From assembly GCF_036321535.1 (NCBI RefSeq), contig NC_087437.1, positions 53,694,001 to 53,758,000 of the forward strand: a stretch of DNA of 64,000 nucleotides. The letters are read 5' to 3'. Shown here piece by piece: positions 13,780-26,589 of this stretch. Numbering within the stretch: position 1 is the stretch's first letter; each line of letters starts with the position of its first letter. Both the position numbers and the translations under genes were made by a program. A model generated the notes under the pieces. The model did no database searches, was not told where the DNA came from, and saw only the letters and a list, made by a program, of their open reading frames with translations. The stretch is from Camelus dromedarius (taxonomy: Eukaryota).

Positions 13780-14345
13780 AAAAGTCTACGTCTCAGATGG
13801 TAAGAGTAAATTATGGCAGCACAGTCCTACTGCAAAAGATGTTACAGATACGTGAGCAGTATGGACCTGTAGTGACAAAGGGACTCTTCCCCGTCCAACC
13901 CCAAGGTGGCAGGGGTGGTGGTAGTGTGCAAAAATCATGGAGTCTGAGTTCATACTTAGGGCCCATCTGCCTGTTAGCCCAGCCTTTTCAGACGTGACCC
14001 AAGCTATTTTCTTGGCTTTCCTCACATGGTCACCTTGTTGCTAGATGTCTATTCTGTCCAGCATCTCCTCTAAGATGCACACAGAAAAAAGGGGTAGAAA
14101 CTAGGGCCACAGGGCACATGCCCTGAAGCTATCCCCTTTTAAGGAGCTTTACTAGGAACCCCTCTTAACACCATTAGTTAGACAATGACAAGGACTGTGT
14201 CACACTGTCATCCTTATCAGTAGTGGAGGATGGACAATGTAGTTTTTTGGCTGAGCACATTGCCATCTCATGCAAATCAGCATTCTGTTAATAAAAAGAA
14301 AAAAAGAGTAAAGAGGGGTAGTTAACTAGAAGTCCCTGCTATACA
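13780..14345. mobile_element. Old MaLR LTR (MLT1J/K-like)
   Basis: Contains ttggctgagcacattgcc...aaatcagcattctgttaataa...aactagaagtccctgctataca, typical of old MLT1 LTR ends. Confidence 0.6.
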
Positions 14346-14949
14346 CAGTTTTGGGAAATATAGCTTAGGAAGACTTCTGGAAATTTCAGTTCCCAAAATA
14401 ACCAAAGGAAAATGAGGGGAAATGTAAAAAAGAGAAAGAAGATGTTCTCAGTAGAAAGACCTATTGGTCTGGCCATTAAAAGATATGGTGCAAAAAGCCC
14501 AAATTAATGGGGAATCCATAAATATTATGGTAAGGAAATACCAAGAAAACTGATAGAGATTTCCAACCTTACTGTCTGCTTTTGAACCCTAATCTCCAAA
14601 CTTCAGACAGTTCTGAGACAAATGCCCTAGTAGGGAGGCCAGTGTCCTCAGATTAGGACACTTTCCCCACTGGGAACACAGGGGAGCAGGAGGCTTCATA
14701 TGCAAGTAACAGACTAGTGGGTATGTAGGGTGGGGTACAGAGTGGGGTGTGGTTGAGACACAAATGTTTCATGGAAACCAAGCCACAAGTACCCCTGCAG
14801 GAGTTTATGGGCTCACAGAGATAAAAGACAGGCCTGGAAACACCAAATAGGTAATAAAGACAGGGAAGACACACTACTGTCTCCGCCCCATCCTCTCCTC
14901 TTTTCCCCACAGAAAAAAGAACCTTTAGCTGACTTTGATCTACTCTTTG

Positions 14950-16594
14950 GATATGATTTCACCATTCCTTCTGTAACAATTTCTACTGTTGGCTAATTGG
15001 CTCCAACCACTCAGAAAAAGCTTGGAAGGATATAGGGGAAGAAATCAACTGGGCTGCTTCCAAACCCAATGAGAGTACCAGTTGTACTAGCTAGGGTTCT
15101 TGAAATCATTCTCATTTAAAAGTCTTCTCAATGAAAACCTTTTGGAGTAAGACAGAGATGTGCAGTAGGACAAAGATATTTTTGAGCCAGTCCAGGTATT
15201 AGCTCCCAGTAAAGTGGGCTAGTAGACTGCTATCCCCTGGAGACTCCTGGACTAGGAGCGCTTAACCAGCATTGCCCAGAAGTTCAATGCCAATGACATA
15301 CAGCTGTTAGCCGACACTAACTTGCATGGAAACTTAGAAAGAAATTCAAACAGGTATTTATTACCCTCATTAAAGAGAGTGAAGATAAATTCTAGAAAGT
15401 CTGGCTATAATACCAATTTAAATAAGGTTATAGCCAATAAGCCGGAGGTCCTCATTCCAGTACAACAGCACTGGTTATGACAGCAGCTCCACCCTGAAGA
15501 AATGATCGCACGAGATAGCTCAGGTGATTCAGAACACCTGTAATAACTGACTTTTCTCAAGAAAAGACTAAATTGCACAAATTTGGTTATATGCCAAGTT
15601 ATCTAATTGGTCTAGAGGCTGTATATATAGAATAATACAGATTCCAATTGTGAAGATACATACTTTATTCCAGAAAAATTGAAGGATGGGAAATCATATT
15701 ACTAAGTAAAAAATCAGGCAAATTTCAGAAACTGGACAGCCTATGCAAAGGCTAAATTTAAAAGTAATATCCTAAAAAAAAAAAGTAGTAATACATGGAG
15801 GCTCTACTGCAGTTATAAGAGAAAATACAGAGGTGCCAAGATGGCGGAGTAGAGAGACTCACAGCTCACCCTCTCCCACAAATCCACCAAGAATTACATC
15901 TACAAACCCACTGAATCACACAGAACACCTACTGAACTCTGGTAGAGTCTCTCACTTCGAAATACAGGAAGATTTTCACAAAATCCGGTAAGAGGGAAAA
16001 AGAGAAGGAAAACTCGGTGCAGGACTGGTCCTGTGGGGAGGGAGTGGCTGCCTCAGAAATACAGTGGGAGCTGCTATTGGAGACTAACTAGACCAGCACT
16101 GGGAGCCACTAAATGGCTCCCTAAAATCCTTATTAGGCTCAGGAAGAGAATTTACTATATAATTTCCAAAGTTCAGGTTGACAAGGCAACCTCAGAGATC
16201 TGTGATACAGCTACTGTATATGCAACGGTAGTTCTGAAGAAATGGTAGTTATAAGATACACGGCGGTCCAAAACCACATGTCCTTAATACTATATTCTAG
16301 TGGGGAAGGAAGGATGGACCATGTGCTATTGAACAGGGAAAATACCTACATCCCAGACAATTCCCAAAACACATGGGATTCAATAAGATATATCAATAAG
16401 GAAGTGGCTAAACTGAGTGAATTTCATGTGGTCCTGGTTCTCCATACCTCATAGTAAAGTAGGCATTTATATTAAGGAAGTTTATTTATTAAATCAATAT
16501 TTCTAAGTGATGAGTTATACGAAAATGACAGCATCACATTGCTTTAGAGTCAACATGTTAGTCTAGACAAAAAGTTATCAACTAAGGGGTGGAT
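14950..16594 (+). mobile_element. Degenerate ERV internal region: possible pol 3' remnant followed by env remnant
   Basis: Env-like motifs in order: YSGSCYW (SU C-terminus), polybasic RLRKR (16135-16149), EEMVVIRYTAVQNHMSL (ISD-like), GPCAI in a shifted frame, TYIPDNS (16344-16364) and WSWFS. PPT AAGGGGTGGA at 16584-16593. Left boundary uncertain. Confidence 0.75.
15831..16056 (+). mobile_element. L1 5'-UTR start fragment inserted into env
   Basis: Starts aggtgcCAAGATGGCGGagtagagagac (YY1 box at the L1 5' end). Flanked by direct repeat AAATACAG at 15823-15830 and 16057-16064. Confidence 0.7.
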
Positions 16595-17088
16595 TGTGGT
16601 GGCTCCTAACTTGTCATTTAAAAGGTCTTGTGGCTGAAAAGCCCCTATGGAGAGGCCCCCTGTTATTTGTAACTGAACTGGAGAGTTCCTCCATTCTGTG
16701 GTTCAATTTGAAAGTCTGTATTCAAAACATGAACTTTAGGTCTAGTAACAAGTTGGCTAGAGTATAGGTTTACTGGTTTACCTATCAATGACATCACCCT
16801 CTAAACTGATAAAGAAAAAACAGACTGAGGAGACTTGTGCCCCTCTAAGCTGGTGGGACTCCCAACCTGCACCAGCCCCATACTCCCACAGATTCAAGGC
16901 TCATCTTGGGGAGAGAAAAGAAAGGCACTGGGGGAACAGCGCCCGCTCTACTATCTCAAGACATTTTCTGCTCTAACTAGTTGAGTTACAGCCTTCATCT
17001 GAGATAAGCTAATTCTTGCTGCCATCAGGGTTAAATTCTGACTTTTATCCTGACCTACAAGCTTACAGGGGTCGTGGGCTCCACCACA
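16595..17088 (+). mobile_element. 3' LTR of the env-bearing ERV
   Basis: Immediately follows the PPT. Termini TGTGGTGG (16595-16602) and CCACCACA (17081-17088) form a perfect 8-bp inverted repeat. Confidence 0.8.
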
Positions 17089-20000
17089 ACCAACCCTTAC
17101 CACTTTCAAGGAATCCTGGCATCCATCAAGTGACTGTCAAGCATCCTTAAAGACTCTAGGAATAGCTATGAGAGTTTGTTTATTCCTACTCCAAGCCTAG
17201 CCTACAGGGATTGTTATAAATCCTAATTGTTAAGCACTAATTAGAGTACTCACGATGAAGTATCTCACCAAATCCTAACCACCTCTGATCTCTGAAAAGT
17301 CTACCAGTTTACCTTCTAAATGAACAAGTGTGTGATTCACGTATTTCCATGTCCAATCCCCTTCAAAAGATTTCTAAATATAAATACAACAGCTTTATTC
17401 TGGCCCACAAAGAATGTGTTCTGACTCATCAGGAACAGGCTGGGAAGGGGTATTTTCTCCTTGAGAATCTTGCCTACCTCAAGGGATCAACCTATCAGGA
17501 AAAAGAGATGATGTGATACACTTTTGGGGGGAGATGGAGGTGGTTAAAATATCATCCACCAAATGTTTAGAACCTGACACTAAGTAAAGTTCGGGGCATT
17601 CCATGTGCTATCCCAGACAGAAAGCTTCCTAGGGGTAAGAGTGTAAACCATTGATGCTTCCTAAATTTCATGTCTCCAGACTGGTCAAAGCTATGGAAAA
17701 GTTAAACCTCACAAAAAGTACCACAAACTGTGAAATGGATCCTGTACTAGGCACATCTCTGCATTTTGTGAGGCTTCCTGAAATTGTGGAGCATTCCTTG
17801 GAGCCTACTAGGAAGTACCGGAGCATTTTGGAGTGGTGAAAGGTCATAAATACACAATCCTGGCAATCTTTTCACAAGGAGAGTTTGTTGTGCCAAAACC
17901 GCCTTGTGTGGCCCATGTCTGGGGAAAGTTGTAAGCTAAAAACAGAAGTTTTTTTTTTTAAAGGATATAAAAATCCATATAGTTTAATGTTTTGAAAAAC
18001 CACAGTATTTTGAAAAACTGCTGTGCCTTAATAATGCATATTTTTCAGATTTCCTGTTTCTGCTAATGGTTGTTCACGTTGTTTGCATCAGTCCTACAGC
18101 AGAAAACAACTAAAACACTGGATAAAATATATTTAGAATAATCTTTTTAAAAACGTCAAAGAGATTAAAAAATAGTAAGGAATTATCAGCCAAAAGTAAA
18201 GAGAAGTCAAGAATCCAGAGAAGTAAACACGCCTGGAGGGAATCTCAGAAAATTAGAACCTCCATTCTAATGGCCTTTCAGGATGCAGAAGGGAACAGAA
18301 AACAAAACTCTGGGTCCACACAAGTTGGGGAGTCCGATGGGAGACCTTCCCCCACACCAGCCAGGGTTCCAGGATCTCAGAGTGAAGGTGAACAATAATT
18401 GGAATAATCTGAAGAGAATTAAAACATAATAACAATCCCTTGAGTTGTCCAGGAAACAGCAAACTTTGAACAGGTGGTCCCAGACTGGTAGTGCCCCCAG
18501 GTGCCTGGCAGAAGTAAATGCAAATACTCTTCGGGGCGAAGTATTTTCATTATAGGCCTGATTACTCCTACAAAAATAACCTTTCATGTGTAATGACTAG
18601 CACAGAGTCAAATAATACCCAGTATATAGGAAAATTAGAATTAGTGAACGAAACAGACAACAGAGATTATCAGAAACCTAGATGTAGGGTTTAGGATCTA
18701 TAGCTTAATAGGCCACCCAGGTGATTCTGATATATGCTAACGTTGGAGAATCACTGTTTTACACTTTAATCACATAACTATGCATCCAACAAAAATGTTT
18801 AAGTGTATTAGGCCTGAAGGCAGCCCAAGAATTTGCATTTCTAACAAATTCCCAGATGATGCTGATGTTAGACAATCCTTTGAGAACCACTGGTATAAAA
18901 AAGGAATTATTACACGGGTCAGGATAGTAGTCACCTGTGGGGAGGAGAAGGGCTGTAATTTGGAAGCAACATGCAGTAACTTCCTGGAATGCTGGCAATT
19001 TTCTATTTCTCATCTCAGTGGTGATGACACAGGCATAATCATTAAATTATATGTTTATATTTGATTGCACAGTGAGGTCACTGGCTCTCCTTTTTTCCAT
19101 TCAGTCGTATGTCACGTGTCACTGCACTAATCCTACACACCATCACCCTGCTGCCCTCATTTAAAGTCAATTCCCAAAGTAGAAAGCGTAAAAAGTCATA
19201 AAGTTCTAAGACGTAACTTCCTAAACTTTAGTTGCTAATGTAATTAGCTCACAAAATTAAATAGCTTTCAAAATTAAGAAAAATTGTCTAAGTTTCTGAA
19301 AACCTTACTTAAAAAGTTGTTTAAAACTCAGAGATCGATGCTATCTACAGCCTTAGTTCTTCACTCCCAATGTAAAAATACATGCAAAACTAAAAATCTG
19401 AAACTTTAAACAAGAAAAAAGCACACAATGTAAAAAGTTCCTTTTTTTCCCCTTAAGAGAAACAGGGAACTTCCTACCCCAAAGAGGCCAAGATGCAAAT
19501 ACAATCACTTTTCGCTTTTGTGAGAATATCAGGTTCTTATACAAATGAGTACCACTTAACAGCTCTACAAAGTCATCTTGGTCACCCAATAGGTCTATAA
19601 GGAGGATATCGGTGATTACTCTCAGGCTAGGTTAAAAGACTTCACCCCACTCACAGCTACAAGCTATATTTGTTATAATAATCACTTGGCTTGAAAACCA
19701 ATCACAAGTCCGCAAAGCATCCCACTCTTGAGAAAGTCAAGAGTCCCTGCTACAGACTCATCGAAAGCTGCGGGCATACCTCCTGACTGCCCTAAGCGGC
19801 CTCTGGGTTATAAGAACTAGTTTGCAAAGTTGTGAGATTTTCTAGTCATTTGTGAATCTTGCTGTGCTTCACGTGCGTTGGTAATGTCCTTGTCACCTTT
19901 AAACCAAAGTTCTTTATACATACCATTCATCGGTTTTATTCTTACTTATCATAAATGGAATTGATAAAATTTTTCCACTTTTTTTTTCTGTATGGCAAAT

Positions 20001-20371
20001 GGCTTCAGTTTTGAAACTGAAAATACTTTATACAGAAAATACTTGACACAGAAATAGCAATCTTCCTGCAAGCTGTTTTTTTCCACATTTCCACCATTAC
20101 CAAGTTATCTGCATCACATGAAGTTTCCATCAAATATGTGATCATGCTTGTCTGTGTAATTCATACTCCACTGACTCGTAGTGAATTCAAGGCATCACTG
20201 TACAACTTTCTGAATCCTTTTCCTTAGCATGTCCTCTTTTAGTTTTCTGCACTTCTTTGTTCGGTACACAACCTAAAATCAAAATGTTATTTAAAAGCCT
20301 TTTATCGCATATATAAAACTCCTATGCCTATACACCCTCCTGCAGGTTGAAACATTTCCCTCTTCTGCGTC

Positions 20372-20490
20372 TTTTTTTAATAGATTTCTTTTGTTGAGGG
20401 GAGGTAATTAGGTTTATTTATTTTTTAGAGGAGGTGCTGGGGATTGAACCTCATGCATGTGCTCTACCACCTGAGCTATACCCTCCCCAA
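20372..20490 (-). mobile_element. Camelid-type tRNA-derived SINE
   Basis: Reverse complement starts GGGGAGGGTATAGCTCAGGTGGTAGAGC and contains a B-box-like GGTTCAATCCCC. TSD CTCTTCTG(C/T)GTC at 20360-20371 and 20491-20502. Confidence 0.85.
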
Positions 20491-20504
20491 CTCTTCTGTG
20501 TCTT

Positions 20505-20790
20505 TTTAAAAAATTTAAAAAATTATGGAGGTAATGTTGCTTTATAATATAATGTAGGTTTCATGTGTACACAATTATATTTCAACTTCTGTGTACACTA
20601 CAGCTTGGTCACCATCAAAAGTTTAGTTTCCTTTTGTCACGATTGAGTTGACCCCTTTTACCCATTTCACCCTTCTCCCACCTTCCCCTTCGTCTCTTGT
20701 AACCATTACCTTGATCTCTCTATCTAGTGTTTGTTTTTCTTCAATTTGGTTTGTTTATTTTATGCCTTTTTGTTTGTTTTCTTGTTTGTT
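20505..20790 (-). mobile_element. L1 3' end fragment
   Basis: Antisense L1 3' UTR text (tttataatataatgtaggtttcatgtgtacac...cccatttcaccc). Confidence 0.7.
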
Positions 20791-20829
20791 TTTATGTGTC
20801 TTTGGCCACTGTCATAGTGACTAACTCTG

Positions 20830-21080
20830 GAAACAGACTGCATGGGCTCAAGTCCCAGTGCCGCCACTTGCTATCAGTGTGGCCTTGAACATACCACTAA
20901 ACCCCCTTGTTCCTCATTTTACTAATCTGTAATATGTGGATAGTAACAGCTAGCATCATAATTATGAAGTCATCATTATGAAGTTTATCTATGTAAGTTT
21001 ATCAATGAGTTAATGAATATAAAACTCTTAGAATAATGCCTGACACACAATAAACATTATACAAGTCTTAGTTATTATCA
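20830..21080 (+). mobile_element. MIR SINE
   Basis: cagactgcatgggctcaagtcccagtgccgccacttgct...cctcattttactaatctgtaa...aatgcctgacaca. Confidence 0.7.
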
Positions 21081-21929
21081 TAACTATATCTACAACCATA
21101 TATACCTCATAGCTATTTAGATTATACATCCTTCTGGTCTTATGGTTCTGTGCTGTTTTTACTGTAGTAATCAAACTATCTTGACCATTTAATAGGAAGA
21201 GATCACATACACAGCTTACAAGCTCATCAGAGGCCATAAGTATTTCTCCTGGATACTCAAGGATACTCAAAACAGTAACCAAGAAAATGATAGAGCCTTC
21301 CTTATCACACAAAATATGGAGCATTGCCTGGAGGCTGTGTACCTCATAACCATTAATGCTGGCTACAGGGGTCATAAACACTCCTGGCTCCCACAATATC
21401 TGAAACGAAAAACACAAGAGCAGATATACTAGCCATAGCAATGTAAGTAAATACGTCCCCAGACATTTAATAGCAAAGTCACACGTGCATGTGCACACAC
21501 ACACATCTACCCAGAGGTGGTCAGTATTCTTGCTGTAGAAAGCTTATTGCTGTACTCGGCCTTCTTTCTTATCCACAAAAGACCTTAAGTTTTTAAGTTT
21601 TTAAATTTCACTCAAAAATCTATAGGAGAGACTTGCCTGCAGGGGAGTAAAGCCCAAATCGGGTGCTAGCTGAATGGCGGATAGAGCTGTGGAAAAAGCA
21701 GGTGTGAATCCACCTCTTCAACTAGAGTTCATTTAAGTAATCAGATAAATCTGCTCCTGACAAACAAAGGAATGGCAGAAACTAAACTTATTTTTCCTCC
21801 TCTCTATTCTAGGAAAGACTTCCCGAGAACCCCTCTGCCTTAGTAAGAACAGATGCTTCCCCATATGGCTTCCTACTGTCTCAAGAACCGCTTTTGTTCA
21901 GATTCAATATACATAAATATTTCAGTAAT

Positions 21930-23650
21930 TTGGCTTCTGCCAAAGACGTAAAAACCTAGAAAAAGCATCCCTCTTACCTTAACAACCAGAAAAACTACAA
22001 AATACCTTTTCTTGAACCTACCAGAGGGCAGACATTAGGGTGGCCAAGTGGACATTCCTGTGTTTAGCACTGAATGTGTCATGTCCTGGGAAACTCCTCA
22101 GTCCCAGGCAAGCTGGGATGGTGGGTCACCGCAGCTAGGGTTGCAGACTAATCAAGCAGCCTGAAATTCGAGGAGAGACTGGCCCCACGAAGGAGAGATA
22201 AGATGCGAGCACAGAAGAGGAGACATCAAGTACAACACAAGGTGAGTTCAGCTAAAATCATTAAGTTGTTAAAGGCCAAGTGTGGACTAGCATGAGAGTG
22301 CAGAAGCCCTGGGCGCCTCAGACAACGAGTTTGCTCTCATTTTCAGTCTCTTCTCCATGTTCTCCACTGGATCCCAATGAGAAAGATCTCGGACAAAGCA
22401 AGAGACCAGAGAGTGTTGGTGGTGAAAGCCTGTTGGAGGGGAGTAAGCTCCCATCGTGGGGAAGGCAAAAGTCCTGTGCAGACCCTTCCTTACCTATAAA
22501 TAATAGCTTCAAGCCACCAGGGAAGGGACAGCAAATTCTGTTGCCTCCAGCATACATGCAAAGGTCCGGTGATACTGAGTAAGGGTAGGTAGGAGTAGGG
22601 GAGGACAAACAACCCCTACCTCTTGGTAAGGAGGGGCAGGATCCCTTGCCAATACACTCAGCGTGCTCCTGCACCGGAAGAGGGTTAGGAGACTCTCATC
22701 TCCTCAAGACCCATCAAAGATTCAAGGCAGAAATCCTGTCTGCCACAGGGAGACTGAAGGTCTGAGAAGGCCCCCTCTCAAGGCTTAAGAATACAAGGCT
22801 TTCCCTAAAAGAGGCTGGACCAGAATGACTAAGAGTTCCCTGGCCCCCGCTCCCAAGCTAGCAAGCACCAGGTAACAAGCAGGGGGGAAGGCAAAAGCAC
22901 GGAGAGAGATCCCCCTGTGACGCAGGTTTGCAGGGAAAGCTAGAAGCTGAGTGAAAAAGGAACATTGAGGAAATCCCTCTAACTCTCCAGCCCACATCCT
23001 AAGCATACGGTAATACTAGAGGAATCAAAACTTGTTGTGTTCTGAGGGTGAGACAATAAAGCCCAAACCCACCTTACCTACTGGTTAGACTGATTCGGCA
23101 CACTGCATTACTGAATTAGCAGAAGAAACGTGCCTATTTTGAGCCCTACATTTTCTTTCCTGTAATCTCTACTCTCTTACACAAGATGCCAGGCATATGA
23201 GACATACAAAAAGGAAGAAAAAAAAAAAAACCCAACCCAGTGTCAACAGAGAAAGCATTCAGCAGAATCAGACTCAGAGAACTGAAGTACTGAAACCATG
23301 AGAGGGGAAATTTAAAATAACTTTGATTAATAATTATCATTAATCATATATGTTAAAGGTTCTAGTGGAAAACATGACTGGACAGATAGGAAATTCCAGC
23401 AGGGATTTAGAATCCCAGAAGGAGAACAGCAGAAGAAATATTTGAAGAAAGAATTGCTGAATCTTCCTCCCAAATAATGAAATACACCAAACTATAGATT
23501 GAAGGAAAAGATTTTCAAGCAGGATAAACCAAAAAATACACACCCTGACACATCATATCCAAATTGCTGAAAAAAATCAAAGTTAAAAAGAAAATATTGC
23601 CAATGGCCACAAGAAAAAAATACATTACAGAGGAGCAAATTATTGGACAA
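21930..23650 (+). mobile_element. Old L1 5'UTR/ORF1 remnant with nested MER81-like hAT element (about 22036-22133)
   Basis: ORF1-like text at 23250-23640 (gggaaatttaaaataactttgattaa...cacatcatatccaaattgctgaaa). The nested element begins TAGGGTGGCC and ends GGTCACC. Confidence 0.55.
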
Positions 23651-24943
23651 ATTTATATCTAGTAAAGATACTGACTTTGTAGTTGAAAATTTCTAACAAA
23701 GAAAACTATAGGCCAAGATACTGTCACTGGCAAAAGTCAAAGATCAGGACAAGACCAAGCCAGCTCTTCTTAGGACACATCTATTTGATAGATATCTTAC
23801 TTGGTGCTGGGGGCAATGCCTGAGCTTCAGCCTCCTGGAAATTGCAAAAGGTCCAGAATTCCAAGTTATTCTCCCCAAAGCATCACTTCTGTGGATTCCC
23901 AAATAGTTCACATTCTTTGGTGGGGACACCTGAATCCTATCTTGGAGTGCTGACTTGATCGTGGTTGAGAGATAAACAGAAGCCTGGCCTTTGCAAGCTG
24001 GGTGAAATTACGGAAGTTCAGACAGCATTTTGAGCTGAGATTCTCTCCAACTCAACTTGCCAAGGCTTTTCTGCTTAAAACTTTCTTTATCTCTTGTCTA
24101 GACATGTCCACGTGATGGTAGGTCCTCCCACACTGATGGGACAGAGTCTCATCTTGGTCATCCGCAAGTTTCTGAGGGGCTGGAGATCCAGGTTCTGGGC
24201 TTTGGTCAATCAGTGTAGCTCATGAGGCAATGCGGTTCAAGGGCACAGCTGAGAGTGAGCCTCACGGGTGAAGGGGTAAGCAGCAGGGAGCAAACTCGGG
24301 TGAAGTAGCTCACAAAGCCAAATCTTTCCAGGGGAAGACACAAACCTAAAACTGAATCACTTCAGAAAATGTAGGCAATATGAAAACAAACAGAACCATG
24401 CCGGTGACGGCACCTCCCCAAAGGATGGGAGAACGGCAGCCAATGCTCTGGATGCAACCCCAGCGGCTGGGCAGATCCCTTTCAAGACAGTTCTTTGAGG
24501 CAATCCACTGATACTGAGACTCGCACACCAGAACAGGCCTGGGCCTCAGGGCCTTACATACACATTTAGAGCTACTTTCCAGGGAACGAGAGGCTCTAGG
24601 AGGTTTGGGTTAAGATGAGCATCTAATTCACATTGGTTTAGAGCTCACATCTTCACTCACCACACTGCTTTTAAGGGCCATTTGAAACTTAAGATGAAGA
24701 TACTGGAGTCCACAGGTGTGCATTTCACAACTAAGGGAAGCTGCTTAAGTAAGAGCTTTAATTCTGTTCTTGGCTCTCCTTCAGACTGGAGGACCAGGCA
24801 GTTTCTTCACTAAAGCTAGTTACTTTTCAAGGTGATGGGATTGACAAAAAGCAGCCAGGCCAAGGCTGCTGTAATCCCATCGTTTGGAACAATGTAACGA
24901 TTTGGAGTGAAGGCTGGTGAGGTGACCACCCACCCTCACTTAC

Positions 24944-25087
24944 TTCTTCCTTCCTTTTCCTATAGTTTCTCAATAGTTCGCTTCTGCTAATCTGACCAAA
25001 TAAAGAGCCAAAGTAGCAGAAATACCTCTACCAGCAACTGAACTGATTCTAGTGGCAGCAGCTGACAGAAGTTTGAGCATTCCTTTC
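24944..25087 (-). other. Candidate 144-nt internal exon of a minus-strand spliced transcript
   Basis: Acceptor cttacaatcacttttacAG|G (exon start 25087) and consensus donor GAA|GTAAGT (exon end 24944), in non-repetitive sequence 1.6 kb downstream of the CpG island. Confidence 0.5.
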
Positions 25088-25313
25088 CTGTAAAAGTGAT
25101 TGTAAGTCTATCCTAGACTACTTCCGGTTAGGTGGCACTTCTTTAAATGCTAAGGCCTTTAGCTGGGGGTTAGCTGGGTTATGTGGGTGATATTTTAACA
25201 GCAGGTAGGGGTGCTTTCTGGGAGATGAAAGGCAGTGTGAGTTTTTTGAGGGAGATGAAGCATTTTCTGAACTTTTAAAGCAAGTAGCTTCCAATATTCC
25301 AAAAACTTTAGAA

Positions 25314-25594
25314 CAGAGCTCTCCAAAAGAAACGTAATGTGAGCACAAGTATAATTCAAATTTTCTAGTAGTCATGTCAAAAAGTAGAAATGAACAAGTG
25401 AAATTTTAATATGTTCAATATATCCAAAATACCATTTCAACATGCAATTAACTTATAAAAATAGACTTACTCTAAAAAGAAAGAATTTGGAATCTGGTTG
25501 CTTTGTACATTTAGAGCACATCATATTTCAGACAGCCACATTTCGAGTGCTCAATAGCCACCTGTAGTTTGTGGCAAGGAACTAGACAACACAG
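25314..25594. mobile_element. MER33/MER3-like hAT-Charlie DNA transposon
   Basis: gccacatttcgagtgctcaatagccac motif. 8-bp TSD-like flanks CTTTAGAA / ATTTAGAA. Confidence 0.75.
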
Positions 25595-26040
25595 ATTTAG
25601 AACCTCCTTCTCTAAGTCTCCTACTCTTGTCAAATTAACACAGCCTCTGTTCTCTGCATCCCCACATCCACCTGCTCCAGCCCTTCCAGGGCACCTGTAA
25701 AAGCAGTCCCAGAGCACCCATTAATATATAATTAGCTGATTCCTCACCTGCTTCTCTCCTTAGGCAAGGAGCCAAGCATTGCTGTCCTCAGAGGTGTGGT
25801 ATTTCCACATTCTGCATATTCTTCAAAGGTCCTAAAATACAATGAGGAGATGTGGAGGGTGAGCCATTGGATCACAAAGATCTCATGATTCCAGGAACTC
25901 TCAGTTTAGTCAACAGAATCATCTCTCCTCTGTCTCTTGATGTCTTAATAGCTACTGAGAGGTCTACCTAGGGAAACTTGTAAATATATTTTTTATATAT
26001 AATTGAATGTCATCAAAGAAAACCTTTGGGAAAACATGAG

Positions 26041-26224
26041 AGTTGGTGCATAATCTGCTGGGCCCAGTGAAAAGTGCAAATTGGGGCCCTTTATTCAAAA
26101 ATTAAGAACTTTTAAGATTTCCACCACAGAGCGTTAAAACAAGCACAGGGCCCTCTGAGGACAGCGTCCTTCTGAGCAGGGAGCCTTGTGACTGCACAGG
26201 CTGTACCTCTATGAAGCCGGTCCT
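26041..26224. mobile_element. MER45-like hAT-Tip100 element
   Basis: gggcccagtgaaaagtgcaaattggggccc...gtgactgcacagg...tgaagccggtcct. Confidence 0.6.
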
Positions 26225-26589
26225 AGTTGGGGCTTATGTCTCTGGAGGAAGAAAGGAAGTGGGGAGATTCCCTGGACTATCCTTGAGGACCTGAACCTTA
26301 AAGGAGACTCCAAAATCTTAATCTACTGGAATTCACTGAGGAAGAAACTTTTTTGAGCCAGTGAGAACCCTTAGGAAAGAGGTAGCGAGGGGATGAAGTA
26401 GGTAGGTAAGACACATTCTTTGTTGATTCAACCACTAATTAGTGTCTCTCACATCCTGGGTGTTCATAAGGTCAGCTTCTGTGGACCCTAATTGGGCAAC
26501 AACAGATTGACCACTAAAAAAGGCCTGAGCAAGAATCCCTTCAAAGCTACTTCAAAGTCAGATTTCCGCCTCTCCAAGCCAGGAACAGG

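Noticed and set aside
23801..24345. Possible SCAN/KRAB zinc-finger exon remnants (also 19780-20272)
   Set aside because: All frames contain stops and I could not match a convincing domain motif. Kept only as candidate non-coding exons.
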